Below, one piece after another: positions 26,407 to 40,371 of a stretch of DNA of 64,000 nt (position 1 is the first letter of the stretch; the number at the start of each line of letters is the position of its first letter). Source of the DNA: Camelus ferus (lineage: Eukaryota); assembly GCF_009834535.1 (NCBI RefSeq), contig NC_045696.1:94056001-94120000 (forward strand), read 5' to 3'. Below the pieces are notes generated by a model. It was not told the origin of the DNA, did not search any database, and saw only the letters and a program-made list of their open reading frames with translations. The position numbers and the translations under genes are program-made.

Positions 26407-26999
26407 TTCATTAAAACCACAAATGATACATAGGGAGTGTGGGCAGAAACACTTCCTACGCTGGGACAACTCAAATTAGAGGAATTCTTTGTGAGGCGAG
26501 ATGCCTCCAATGAGCCTGTCTTCCTTGGAACATTTACTTAGTCAAAAATACAAAGAGGCTGGGACAATCTATCACATGGCATTTGAGGTATTTTGTGGCT
26601 TTGGCAAGACTGAATAAAGTGGAATCACCTCTGGGCCCTGGAGGAGCTTTTCAGAGTGTTTTACTTAGAACAAGCTGTTCAAAAGCTTTTCAAAAGCAAG
26701 GGTAACAGCATCAACCAGACGGCGATTTTACAGCACCCAATCTTCTGTGCCAGGCCAGGCTCCATATACCCTACAGAGCATTCTCATTATTCAGACACTG
26801 GAGAGACAGAATGCCCCTCTTTCCTGGAGGGAAGTCTCAGGAATGTCCACCCTTTCCCCCCTGCCCTCAGCCACAGCCCTCTCCTCTCACTCCAAGGACC
26901 ATTTGAAATAAGTTTAAGATTGATTCTTAATTAAGATTGCTACTCTTAAATCTGATCTCCAGTGACCTAGTCCAGACCACACTCTATGCCCTGTGGCCA

Positions 27000-27520
27000 T
27001 CTCCAACCCAGACCCTTCTTCAGAACCCTAGAACCCCAGTCCAGCTGTCCATGTGACACCTCCACTCTTGAGACATCTCAGAATCAACCATGTCCACTCT
27101 GAAACCTGCTCCCTAGTTTGACTTCCTGAATTCCATTTTCAAGATGTCCACGAAAAAATCTAAAACAAAACCAAAAAAAAATTTCTTAAACTTGGTTTTG
27201 CACTCACTATCAATCACAGCAGGAAATACTCTGTTGGTTACATCCTTAAAATGTGTCTAGAACCTAATCACTTTCTTACCCTTCTCCTGGCACTACTGTG
27301 GTCCATCCGCCATCAGAACATTCCTGGAAGGCGCTGCAGCAGCCTCCTTACGGCTACCCAGGCATCCATCCTCACCTTCCTTGCCCCAACCTCATCTGCT
27401 TTGCCCGGCGCAAAGTGTGGGATACCTTGAAAATCTCCGCTCAGATCAAGTACTTTTATTCAAAACCCTTACGGCTCCCAGAGCCCTTGGAATGAAAGTA
27501 CAACTCCTCATCCCAGGTGT
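27000..27520 (+). mobile_element. L2 fragment
   Basis: ccagctgtccatgtgacacctccact...catctcagaatcaaccatgtcc...tcaaaacccttacggctccca. Confidence 0.6.
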
Positions 27521-27549
27521 GACTCCTCACACCCTGCTCCGTGCTGATA

Positions 27550-28005
27550 TGACCCGGATCCCTGGATCTCCCGAATGCCTCTGGCTCAGTCTGACCTCCG
27601 AGCCTCTGCACCTGAGGACGCTTCTGCCCGCAACCCTCTCCCGCGCCGCCATCACGCGGTCTGTCAGAAATAGGGCCCCAGCCACGACCCCCTCACCGTC
27701 CAGGACGACAGGGCCTGGGGTGCAGGCACGTGAGCAGGCGCCCCGCACTCGGGCCGTTAGTGTGCGGTAGGGTGAAGGCGGTTACCACGCGGAGGACGAC
27801 CCAGTTTACCTGAGGCTGGCGCCTCAGAGCCACCGCGGCTGTCTGACTCCGCGCAGAGTGCGGCGGAAGAGGCGGGCACCTGGGTTGGGGGCCGGGAACC
27901 ATGCTGCAAGCCCCGCCCCAGGGGCGGGGTAACCACAGGTGAACCTCCGCTCACTTCACCTCTGAGCAACTGGGACAACCGCCTCCTGATGCACCTTCTC
28001 GATTC
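27550..28005. promoter_or_regulatory. CpG island / probable promoter and non-coding first exon (probably - strand)
   Basis: Most CpG-dense tract in the window. GC boxes 27911-27929, ETS cggaag 27864-27869, E-box cacgtg 27727-27732. Minus-strand donors CAG|GTAAAC (exon end 27810) and ACG|GTGAGG (exon end 27697). Confidence 0.7.
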
Positions 28006-29394
28006 CTCCACCTTGGGCTGGACCAAGAATTCGAGCTCTTTCTTACTTTTGTATTTCTGTTGCCTAAAATGAGTCTAATTTATTTATGAAATACTAAATA
28101 TCTGTTGATGAATAAAACATACACAGACCCCCACCCCCACAGATTAGTTACTATAAGGTATCCTATGCTTAGGAGGTAGTATATTTCTGCTTAAAGGAGG
28201 TGGTGAATGGATTAACTTGTCTGAGAGCAGGAAGACCCTGAAAGAAACAGGGATGCAATGCATGAGAAATTTAGGTCCTCCCCGGAACCCCCAATCAGGA
28301 TGACATGTTAACCCCACAGTGTTATGCATCACAAAGGGGCAGGGACACTGAGTGACAGTTACAAGTTCTTTCCACGAGCACGTGGTTACTCCCGTGTCGT
28401 ACCATCTGGAATAATTCTGAAAATTTGGTGATGCCATGTAGATTGTATGTAAATGGATTCACTCCTGGCAGTACATAAAAGCAAGATTTTGCCATACAAC
28501 AGGCTGAGGGAACAGTGAAGCACATGCTATTTGGAACATTAGGGGTTTTTTGTTTGTTTTTTAACTGGGAAAAGTCACTTTTGCATTTTAGGCAAATCCC
28601 AGGGGGGTGAACTTCAAGGTATTGTCACGGTGCACAGAAGTGGCTCGTTTGCCCAGAGAGCAACCCCTCCCATTTTTTATTCCTCAGAAAAGCGGAAGCC
28701 ATGGCATCTTTATGCTGCTGTTCTTTCAGCGCTAAAATCTCTTTCAAGCACATGTTCTGAACCAAATCTTTTGTCCAAATATGTCCATTGAATCAAGCCT
28801 CCCCATTGCTCATAACGTTCTTGTTTCTCCCCTCCTTTCCTCTTCCACTCACATACCCAGGAGAGTTACCTCTAAAATTGTCCTCTGGAAGTGGTACTGC
28901 CCAGCAGAGAAGCCTTCACAGAAGATAAATTGTACTTTTAGACTTTGGGGAAGAAAACCATAATAAGCTTTAGGATATTTTTAGGAACTACTGTATCTAT
29001 TTCTCATTTGTTCCTAAAAATACAATATAAAAAATTGATTTCAAATATCCATAGGACAAGTCAATTGTGAAAACTTTAGTCAGTTTTTAACTTGATAGTA
29101 TTTAGACATAAGTTAAAATCTGAACTTAAGGTCTGGGGAAATTCAGTTTGAGTAATTATTAATTTAAATCTTTGGGGGGGTAAGAATAACTTAGAATTTA
29201 AGTAAAATATGAAAAAATGCTAATTAATTCTACATTTATCTGAATTTTTGATCCTAAAAAATGTATTTAGGTTTTGTTTTTCACTATGTCAGACTTTGAT
29301 GAGCTTCAATCTTATTTGTAGATGAAAATAATATTTATCCTTGTTTAAGAACTAAATTTCTTCCTAAAAAACCCAGATGTCCTTGAGATTGTTT

Positions 29395-29420
29395 CATATA
29401 AATATATACATTTATATGTG

Positions 29421-29451
<31 letters not shown>
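29395..29451. repeat. (TA)n plus poly-T simple repeat
   Basis: Seen directly. Confidence 0.85.
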
Positions 29452-29850
29452 AAGCAGAAAATAGTAACAGCGAGATTATTTCTGGATAAAATACTTACAT
29501 GGTTTATAGCATAGAGGAATATTTTATGTAAAGTCACTCTAGTTGCCTATGGGCAAAAGTAAAATTGGGCAGTTGAAAATTTCCCAGAGGATAGTAGTGG
29601 AAAATCTTTAATAATGTCATTTTGAAACCTAACAAGTGTGTGGATGGATAAGTAACAAAACGTTGTCTTGGTAACCTCTTTAAAAATGATTCCAGCTTTT
29701 GGTAGGGGTGACTTACGGCTTGTTGGGATTTGGACTTTAAGCCTATTAAACGGTTTGAATAACGATTTTGTTATAATGCTTCCTTCCCTATTGCTCTGTC
29801 TTAAAATATTCATTTTCAGTGTTCAAACTGCATCTTGGTCCATTAGGCCT

Positions 29851-30299
29851 TTTTGTGTATGTGAGGTATTTATTTAAAGTATAGTTAATTTACAATATTG
29901 TGTTAGTTTTTGGTGTATAGCAAAGTGACTCAATTACACATTACATATATATATATTCTTTTTCAAGTTCTTTTCCATTATAAGTTGTTTTAAGATATTG
30001 ATATAGTTCCTTGTACTACACAGTAGGTCCTTGTTGTTTATCTATTTTATATATAGCAGTGTGTATCTGCTAATCCCAAACTCCTAATTTATTCCTTCCT
30101 TCACCCTTTTCCCCTTTGGTAACCATAGTTTGTTTTCTATGTCTGTGAATCTATTTCTGGTTTGAAAATAAATTCATTTGTATCTTTTTTATAGATTCCA
30201 CATAAGTGACATATTTGCCTTCGTCTGACTTACTTCACTTAGTATGATAATCTCTAGGTATATCCATGTTGCTGCAAATGGCATTATTTCATTCTTTTT
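29851..30299 (-). mobile_element. 5'-truncated L1 3' end
   Basis: aaagtatagttaatttacaatattgtgttag...gttgctgcaaatggcattatttcattc; candidate TSD ttaggcct/ttaggtct. Confidence 0.88.
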
Positions 30300-30454
30300 T
30301 TAGGTCTATCAGCTCTTAAAGTGACAGGTATCTTTTCCAACCTGTGAACACACAATATCTGATGCTCTTTATGGGAACATCATATATGAAAATGAGGAGG
30401 AAACAGTTTTTTTTTTTTTTTTTTATTACTTCCAAGACTGTTGGCAAGAATGGT

Positions 30455-30600
30455 GGAATGAGCTAACTGAGACAAGAGAGCTGATTTTAACCTCGGTCCT
30501 GTCAGCAACGTTGGTTAACCTGGGGAGGCACTTAACGTCTCTGGGCTTCATCTGTAAAACATGCGTGCTCCTGTCTTAACCTCCTTGTAGTAAAAACTAA
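30455..30600 (+). mobile_element. MIR SINE
   Basis: aacctggggaggcacttaacgtctctgggcttcatctgtaaaac. Confidence 0.55.
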
Positions 30601-30613
30601 ACACTTTATGTAG

Positions 30614-31163
30614 TGAAGGAATACAGAATATGTTACCCAAAATATGCCTCTTTGGCTTACTTTAAATTAAAGGCACTTAAGAAACAGCAGGTACAAGAAA
30701 GACACTCTGACCTTCCTTTTTCTTCCTGAAGGCAGGAGAAAAAACTCTCAAATGAAAGGTGCCCTCTCTGTACCAGGAGGAAAGAAGACATTCTTATCAC
30801 CAGAGATGGGGGATTTGGGACTGAAAAATCTGTACAAACAAACCTTGTTAAAGTAACCTTGTTACTTGTTAAAGCAACTTATAATGAAAAAGAACTTCCT
30901 AGTCACTTCATCATTTGCTCCCCCAGCCTGAACCCCTCCGTATTGTCAATTCTTCACAAATATTTCATTTGTTTGTCTAAAAGGTAGAAAAGCTTCCTGC
31001 TCTGTTACTTCTTCTGGTTTTATTGTGAAGTTTCTCATTCATGTACATGGAAAAATTTAATAACATTTCTGTGCTTTTCTCCTGTTAACCTGTTTTCTGT
31101 CAGTTTATTTCTTAGGCTCAGCTGGAGACTGTAAGAGGGTAGTGGAGAATTTTTTCCCACTAT
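30614..31163 (+). mobile_element. MER34-family ERV1 solo LTR
   Basis: tgaaggaatacagaatatgttacccaaaatatgcctctttggc; shares its 5' motif with the 25896-26406 LTR. Confidence 0.72.
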
Positions 31164-33974
31164 GAACATGCCTTGAAAAATATAAATGCTATAAAACCAA
31201 ATTAAGTTATGAAGTTGAACCACATGGAACTGCCATTTTTATAGGAGACAGTGGTCTAAGAGAGGCAATTCTATATATAAAGTTTTTGAGTCTATCAAAA
31301 ATATAACATTGTATTTTTGATAAACTATATGTATATTAATATCTAACTCAGTACAGTGATACTGGGCACAATATCATATTTAGGAATCTGGTTAAATGCC
31401 TTTAATAACTATTCTATCAACAAATGATGATCACCTGTTCTGTGCAAGATCCTATGTTGGGAACTGAGAGTATATATACACTGAATGAGATAAAGTTTCT
31501 GCCCTCAAGGAATTTGAATGTGTTAATATTAAAATATATCACAATCTTCTTTTAGCTAAGTTGAACATGTCTTTCTGAAAGACCTGAAATTTCAGTATGA
31601 ATTTGACAAGAAACAGTGAGTTTGGGCAGTTAAAGGGGCATCTTTCCAACACGGAGCCTCTACAGCTGAGCCTGGTTCTTGGTTCTGACTGGGACGACCC
31701 GAGCCGGGCACTACTCTCTGTGTTGTTGCCCTTGGAGACTCCCAGCACTATTCCTGGTTCTCTTTCCACAGCCCCTGGAAATAAACCCCGAGTTCAGGTG
31801 TAGAACTAACTCAGGTATGAGGGATGACCCTAGCTTGTCTCCAGCCGTTTATATAACTGCCAACTCAAAGATGGTTAACCTAATAACTCCCTTGGGTTTT
31901 TCCTGCCTTCACCTCTATGACTTGGATTAGAAGAGGCAGATAACTCTCATCAGTTTTCAAGGGTTGGGGAAACTTGATATGGAGAAAGATATTACTGAAG
32001 TGACTAATTGTTGAAATTTACTGGTCAACTGTATCAATAAGTCAAACAGCTAAATATTCTTTCTCATTTGCATCAGTGCTCATCAGTGAAGCCTGTATGG
32101 GGGTGTCAATTCAATGATGCAATCATGCAGTTTTAGAAAACAGCACTTGTGCATTTGCAAAAAGACTCACTTTTAATCACTTTAATTTGTATCCACAAAT
32201 ACATTTAAGTGTCAGGAACCAGTTGATCTGATAAAGGGGTTTCTTTTTATTTGTTTTTTTGTAGTAAAAGACAGAGAATATTATAACTTTTTTTTTTTTT
32301 TCCAAATTCACCACAACGTGGCACTCTAGTAATTTCTGTATCTCTGGATGTTTCTAGTTGATGGAGATGCCTCCAAAATATTGGACTTTTAGTAAGAATT
32401 CTCTGCCTGAAAGTGTGAGTCATTCTCAAAGATCTCCACTTATGAAGTCATGGAAGGTCCATGACTAAGTATGTGGGCTCCATTTAGAAGGGTGTTTCCC
32501 TGTGCTTTACTTAGAACACAAGAGCAAAAACAAAACATACTTGCTTGATTCCTTAATCATTGTATTTTCTGTTTCTTTCTTGAAGGCAGTCAGGAGTAAG
32601 AAAAATCAAAATCTAACTGCAATGACAGTAGAAACAAACCTCAACTTAATAAGTATGTGACCACAGAGGTGTGGTATGAAGCAATCCTTTCTGTTCATGA
32701 ACGATACTAAACTGCACGGAGAGAAGAACGTTTATTTCAAATACAAGGAAATAGAGCAATTCTACTCCAGCAATTTTGATGGATGTTCACCAGGTAACTT
32801 GGTTTCCCGGCATGATCTGCAGGCTCAAATAGTGGCCTCTTCACGACCTATGGGCTTGAGATCATTCATCACACCTTTTAGGGAGAATTAATTACGAGAG
32901 GCTGGAAGGGCCCCAGGCAATATGCGAAAGTTCAGCTTACCGGCACTTTGACTAATCTAAAATGAAAGCAATTATGAACATGTTATATATTGATTCTAAC
33001 CTAGGGTAGACTTAAACCTAAGATAAAGACTCATCAACAGCAGTAAGTAGTCAGCATTCTCCTGACCATGTTACCCCCACTGCAAAGAAATTTCCTAGCC
33101 TCCCTTTTCCCTTTCTCCCTCAGATTTATATTTCTATAAAAAGGAAACAGCAGGAGGAGAGAAAAAGACAGGAAGGAATGGAGAGAGGAAAGTTCAGAAT
33201 ACGTTTTTATCAGCTTCTGGAACTTCAGCTTCATCTACACTTACTGTTACACAACTAGAAAGAATCAAACAGTCAGTATCTGCCAAACTGAGACAACGAC
33301 CAGACATTTCCCAAACAATGCATTTGTGGGTGGTGTCTGTTACGGAAGAACTAACACAAAAGAAAACAAAATACAGAAATCAAATAGGTGTCTAGTTTCA
33401 CAAACTAAAATGTAAAGAAACTGAATTTGAAAGACAGACCTACTAGTCCACACCATTCGTAAGCTGGCCTTCACATTTCACATTTTTTTCTTGCATGGGA
33501 ACTACAAGTTCACTGAACCAGGCCTGTTCCTTATTTCCATGAAGCTATGAGACACTCTGTAATTTCTGGCATATTTCCCTTGATTTATTGCCAATGAACC
33601 TTGACTGAGGGTAGGCCTGTGCTCCATTTCCAACATCTGCTTTTAAAAGATGGCAAAATTTCATATATTTGGGGTATTCATGTATTCAACTGTTCTCTAC
33701 CACTTGAATATTTTCATTACTCTTGATTTTTCTATCTCAAAGATTCTAAGATTTCACCCCAACTTCTCTCCTCTCATATGATGTCAGCTCTTCACACTAA
33801 GAATAGCCTCTGGTCCTTTAACATAATTTTATTTTCCAATTTATTGCCTGATGACATTTGCTCTTCTACCTAGACTGGACCCAGTAGAGAGTTTGCCCTT
33901 AGATGACTATGACCCTTTGACCTCCCATTGTATCTGCTTTTCTAGTTTCTAAGCCCAGGATTCCTACTTTTCCC

Positions 33975-34212
33975 AGCAGAGTGGTGCAGAAAGCAAACTG
34001 TTACCGAAGTCAGGAGGACTTGAATCAAATTTCAACTCTACTACTAACTAGCTCTTTACTTTCATGCAAATGATGTAATTTTTCTGAACCTATCACCTAC
34101 TCTAAAACATAAAGGTAGCAATACTGTCCTCAGAGCGATTATACGGCGTAAGTGAGAAAGCACATGGAAAGTGCCTCGCAATAATACACACTACAGGCAC
34201 TCAGCGTTAGTC
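33975..34212 (+). mobile_element. MIR SINE
   Basis: ttgaatcaaatttcaactctactactaactagct...catggaaagtgcctcgca...ggcactca. Confidence 0.6.
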
Positions 34213-34342
34213 CTCCTCCTCTAACTTTACCCCAGAGCTGATGACTGTGGCTGGAGAAAGTACAGATTGAAGCCCACTATACATTCTTGCCATTTAATCA
34301 TACATTAGACTAGTATTCATTTCTTACTTACTCTTGTTTTAA

Positions 34343-35260
34343 GTCAGGGTTTCTGTTTGCCAGCCACAGAATCTACTCCAGCTAGTCTCCTCACCCTCCA
34401 TCCCTCCCTCCCTTTCTCTACCTCACTCTCTCTTCCTGCCTCTTTTCCTTCCTTGTTAAGTTGAAGCATGACATAAATACAGCCCGATGACGTTTCACAT
34501 ATGTATACACTCTGTACCCAGCAACCCGATCATGACATAGAACATTTTCAGAAGCCCCAAAGCAGCCTATTCTGTGCCTCTTCTCAACCCCTCTGTTCGG
34601 GTAACACCTATCCTGACTTCTATTACTAGAGATTATTTTTAATTTTACCTATTCCTAAACTTCATATACATGAAATCATACAGTAGGTACTCTTCTCTTT
34701 CTGATTTCTTTTGCTCAGTAGTGTCAATGACATGCTTCCATATAGTTATGTGTGGCAGTAGTGTGTTCTTTTTTATATGATATTCCACTGTATGAATATA
34801 TTAAATTTTATTCATTGTATTTTTGATGGGCACTTTGGGTTTTTGGCTATTATGAATAGAGCTACTACAAATATTTTTACAAGTCTTTTGTTAGATATAT
34901 ACTCACTCCTTTCTATTGTGTATATACCCAAGAGTGAAATTGCTGAATCATAGGGTAGGCATCATTTAAGCTTTAGCAGATCCTCATGCTTCAGCTAGTT
35001 TAACTAGGAAGGAATTAATTGAGGGATATCAGATAGTTCACAGATTTGATGGACAGTTTTTAAGGCTGCATTTTCAGAAGCATCTTCCAGAGCCACAAAG
35101 CAGAGTTAGCTTGGGAACAGCACTACACCCCAGCTGACCCAGAACCTTGTTGCCTCTGATGCAACAGGAAGCTTCCATCATTGACACCAACCCAGGAAAC
35201 TCCCTGCTGGGTTGAGATGGAAGGTCATCCTGCTGCACTCTGTGGCAGAGGGGATCTGAG
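34343..35260 (-). mobile_element. Old MLT1 MaLR LTR interrupted by L1
   Basis: tttgccagccacagaatctactccagctagt continues as ttaactaggaaggaattaattgagggatatc after the L1. Confidence 0.55.
34387..34988 (-). mobile_element. L1MB/MC-like 3' end
   Basis: atgaaatcatacagtaggtactc...ggctattatgaatagagctact...aagagtgaaattgctgaatcatagggta; TSD ctccagctagt (34376-34386) / cttcagctagt (34989-34999). Confidence 0.8.
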
Positions 35261-35479
35261 TGGCCAACTTCTTCAGAGAAGACTTAAAGCAAATCTTTCT
35301 TTTTTAGTGTCATATCACATCTCAGGTCTTAGAAGTACCATATATTTCACATTCCTGAGACTTACTGTAATGAAACAACATGGTATCTCTTATTTCTACC
35401 ATTACAAGCATATGCTTCAAATTTTTTTCACGATTTTTAAGTCAGTTAATATCCACTCATCTGCTTGACAGCTTTCAAA

Positions 35480-36350
35480 TTTTTGCTAAAATCTCTGATC
35501 TCCTCTTTAAGCTCCTCTCTACTTAGCTTTACTCTGGTACATTATTGCCTTTTTTCATTCCTTTATTGTCATTTGATGGAGATTCAGGATGGGAATTTCT
35601 GGTGTACAGTTCACTACTTTTAGGCAGAAATCTTCCTACTGCATTCATCAAAATTCTGCTCCAAACTGTCTCCATCTTTTCCAGATCTCTATCTGGTCCT
35701 CCCTGTAACCCAAGTCTCACAGGTGTTCTCAACCTCTATCATCTTGGTTCGCCTCTTCTCCATTGGAAAACTTCCTGTATTGTTACCCATTTTACAGATG
35801 TGGAAAATTAGGAGGAAATCTGTCCTTTCCAATGCTAATTCTTTTGTTTGTACATCTGTCTTCCACCGGGCTCTTGTTCGATCCTACACAGATCTCTATT
35901 AGCCTGAAATAACAGATTCTTGGAAATGGAGGTACAAATGAATCAAGGCTATATGGAATATTTGTGGTATAGTCTCTTTGAAAGTTGTTCCCAGAATTCT
36001 CCTTTGGAAGAATATCTTCTATTTTCTTCAAATTCCTTAAAGTTATAACTGGCCTTTAGCCACACTGTCTTTCAGCTACAAGTCATATAATTTGTGGCCA
36101 ATGCTCTCAGGCTGCAATGAAGTTTATGAAGCTTTTCTTAATTGTCAGTGGCCTGCCACCAACGCAGCCCTGTCTGCTGATTATTACCCTCTGCTAACTT
36201 AACTCTTTCCTTGATGGCCACTGGAACTGTTGCAAAATGTCTCTGTGTACACCCAGCATGCTTTTCTTTGTTTCTTTTTGGTGGTTCTAGCCCTGGCACA
36301 CTTGGTCAGCCACTATTAGTCCAAACTATGGGCCAGCCATTTGCTGTCCT
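35480..36350 (-). mobile_element. Probable MaLR internal (MLT-int) remnant
   Basis: Minus strand ctgaaagacagtgtggctaaaggccag and ctttcaaagagactat resemble MLT1-int; adjoins a same-orientation MLT1 LTR. Confidence 0.45.
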
Positions 36351-36699
36351 CTGTGAAGTAAAATAAGTATCAGGGAGGGAGGTTGTGGCAGACAAAAACT
36401 GTGATTCAGAATGGTATGGTAAACTTAGGTTCGGCAGCACTAAGACTCATTGGCTGGGAGTCTACAATAGCTCTCGGAGCTGGAAAGAACCGTGTTTACT
36501 CCTGCTCTGTAATCAATTGCTTGTGTGTGTGTGTTATATATACATATAAACACACATATATAACTGTTAAGTAAATTGCTGGGAGGCAAATAGCATTATA
36601 ACCTCAGGCCCTATGGAACAGAGTAAGCACTTGTTATCTTTCATCTTTCCCTCTCCACTGACTACTTGTCTTTTATCTTCCAAAGTATTCAGATTCTCT

Positions 36700-37635
36700 T
36701 TACACATAAACAAACTTTTCCTATACCTTGATCCTTACATCTTTCTCCTTTTAAAATTCCAACACCTCAAAACAGAATTTGTTTTCAATTTCTAAACCCC
36801 TCGCTCCTTGACTGCTTGGCGTCTGCTTCACCTCTTACCACATCACTTAAACTACCTCAACTGGTGAACCCATGGCCCCCAACCCCAGAATCCTCTGCCA
36901 TCTTCACAGTGTTGATGTCCTTTACCTTCCAGGAGTGTGCGTTCTTTTATCCTTCTTCTGCATGAAAATCTCTCTTCCCTCACTTTCAATTGCATTTTTG
37001 TATCCTAGTTTCTCTCTTTTTCTACATCTTTAACTGATGTTTTCCCCTTGTACTTTCTCTTAAATATAAGTGTTTCTCCAAGTCCTCTATCCTCTCTCTT
37101 ACATCCGCTGCTCCCTGTCCCCACTCCTTACCCTTTGTATGGTCGGCCACATTCCACTCTTTGTTATTCAACTGTTCCCACTGTGTGAACGTCAACATCA
37201 GTTCCACCTCTCTTGGAATCTCCATCTCAGTATTTCCAGCTGCCTGCTGGATTTCTCCACTCAAATGCATGCCAGTATCTCTACCCTATGTCTAAAACAA
37301 ATCTTCTGTGACTCTTCCAGTAAGTTTCCCTTTTTGACTTCCTTACTTGAGCACCACATTCTCAGAAATTCTTCTGTCTCTCTCTTACTTTCCTGTGTTT
37401 AACCAATTGTCAAGGTCCTAGGGATTTTTCTTCTCCAATATCATTTGCAGTCTTTCCCTTCTTTCTATCCCCACTGGACTCTCATGTTCGTCCTCACTGA
37501 TTTCACTTCAATAAATGGGTATGTTTCTTAACTGCTCTTCTTGCTTCCTCTGACAGATGAATTCTAGATAGCTCGGCCAGCTTAACAGCATTAAAACACA
37601 GATACAAATGTAACTTTTCCTTGCTTAAAACTCCT
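36700..37635 (+). mobile_element. L2 ORF2/3' fragment
   Basis: Pyrimidine-rich; tatttccagctgcctgctggatttctccactcaaatg and ttttccttgcttaaaactcct. Confidence 0.65.
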
Positions 37636-37639
37636 ATGT

Positions 37640-38130
37640 TTCAGTTACCATACTTATTATTACTTAAGTAATAAAACCCTGACACAATTGCCTTAAATAA
37701 CGATGTTTATCTTAAATAATCAGAAGTTAGGAGATAGAGTAGTTCCAAGGCTGATTGGTTTGGTTGTTCTATGATGGATTCAAGAACGTTTTCTTTTCAT
37801 GTTTCACTCCACTGTCCTCAAGTTGGATCCCTTAATGGTCACAAATTAGGTGGCTCAGTCCAGCCACATTGTTTAGATATACAACATATATATGTTTCAT
37901 TGTGCTTGTCCTTTTTTTTAAGTGTGATAAAACTTTTCTAAGATTTATCCTCAGCATAATTCTTCTCACATTTTACTGACATGAAATGTGGCTGCCTAAA
38001 TAAGGTTACAATGATTGGTTTAGAACAATCAGGAATTATCCCCAGATCCCTATGAGGTGCATCCTTGTACAAACTTAGTCTTGCTAAAAAGGAAGAAGAG
38101 TGTTAAGATGTTGGGTAGGAAACTTACACA
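37640..38130 (-). mobile_element. MLT1-family LTR (degraded)
   Basis: aataatcagaagttaggagatagagtagttccaaggctg...ccttaatggtcacaa...atgattggtttagaacaatca. Confidence 0.55.
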
Positions 38131-38567
38131 TTTGAACTGCCACCTCCATCTCCTTCCTATTCTTTCTCTACTCCTTAACTTTTTCTTTTTCCCTACCATC
38201 TCCATTGTTTTTCTCTTCTTTCTCATTTTAATTTTCTCTTTCTTTAGCCTTTTCTTAATAGTGCATCACTGGTGACATCCAGGTTTGATGAAGTTTCTGA
38301 TCTATGAAAAGAGTTTCAGAGAGAGGGAAATTTTTTTCTATGGTTATATAACATATTTTAGTCAGATCTAATAATTAGCAAATACTACATTATTGTTGTT
38401 ATCTTTAATCGGCAAAACTTTATATACTGAAAGGGCAAGAGAGATGAAGGAGTATGAGAAGGTTCTTTCAAAGAATTTAAGATTGAAGTAGGCATATGCT
38501 ATATTTACAGGTGAAACATGTGAACTGACAGTACACTTAAATATCCAATTAATAGTGTGAAAACACT

Positions 38568-39351
<784 letters not shown>

Positions 39352-40184
39352 TAGTGGAAAAACACTGACATACAAACTTCAACGGACTAGAGTGATTTCT
39401 CCCCTTTTGGAGTGGCAGTAAATGATGGCGAAGTTTATAGCAGTGGGACAATAAATCCACCTCTAAAACTCTTAGGGATAAAAGGACAGAAAATGTAAAG
39501 AGTATTCCAGAGAAAAGGGGATATTTGGAGAGTTTTGAGGGGAGGAAAAGGAGTGAAGTCACACAGCAAGATAATGGACCTTCAGGAGAAAATGGGAAAG
39601 TGAGTGATTCCCAGTGGAAAGAAGTCTAAAGGTGTCTTGAGACCAAGGAAATTGAATATTCATTGTTAAGCTGTTTGCATGTCTGTGATTTAAACATCCT
39701 CCATTGCTCCAAATCTAAAAGTACAATCTTCTTACATACTTGTTTTAGAAGGAAGCCAAGAGTCCCATGTGTGGGTGACTATGGAACAGAATCTACAGGT
39801 GAGGATGGAGAGATAAGAATAAGATTGAAAATTTCAGCAAGAGCCAGAGGTTGAAGCCAAGGCATGGCACTGGAACTCCAGCCAGGACTTTCTAGGAGGG
39901 AAAAACAGTCCTGGAGCAAGATCGGCCTTCCTGTAAAGTACACAATAAAAAGCTCTTGAAAATTTTATCTATTTCTCAAAGGGTAGAGCGACTTCAGCTG
40001 CCATCTGGATTACATACGAGTCATTGAAAAAAAAATGAGACCAGGTTAGGGCCTGCTTACAGTAAAGCATCCTATAAATGTATTTTTCTTCTCTTTTACT
40101 TTAACAACTAAGGGGAATATGCTGAATTTAGAAACAAACAAACAAAAGGCACCAGCCTTGATATTAGCCTGAACTACCTTCAAG

Positions 40185-40360
40185 CCTTAGCTCTACCTAA
40201 TACTCAGTATGTGGCCTGTGGTACATTTTCTAACCATTCAGGGCTTTATTTTCTCAGCAGCAAACTGATCATAATAATATCCACCTTGCAAGGTTATGCA
40301 GGGCACAGCATCTGGTAGACAGTAAGTGCTTAATTAATTGTAACTGTTGTCATTGTTATT
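40185..40360 (+). mobile_element. MIR SINE
   Basis: tgtggcctgtggtacattttctaacc...ataataatatccaccttgcaaggtt...cagtaagtgcttaat. Confidence 0.65.
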
Positions 40361-40371
40361 TCTACTAATAA

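Noticed and set aside
27298..28026. Overlapping Pro/Arg-rich ORFs at the CpG island
   Set aside because: Expected stop-codon scarcity in GC-rich DNA; partly within L2; no recognisable domain.
25896..31163. Two MER34-like LTRs as the ends of one provirus
   Set aside because: They are clearly divergent from each other, and the interior is L2, CpG island, L1 and MIR with no gag/pol/env or PBS.
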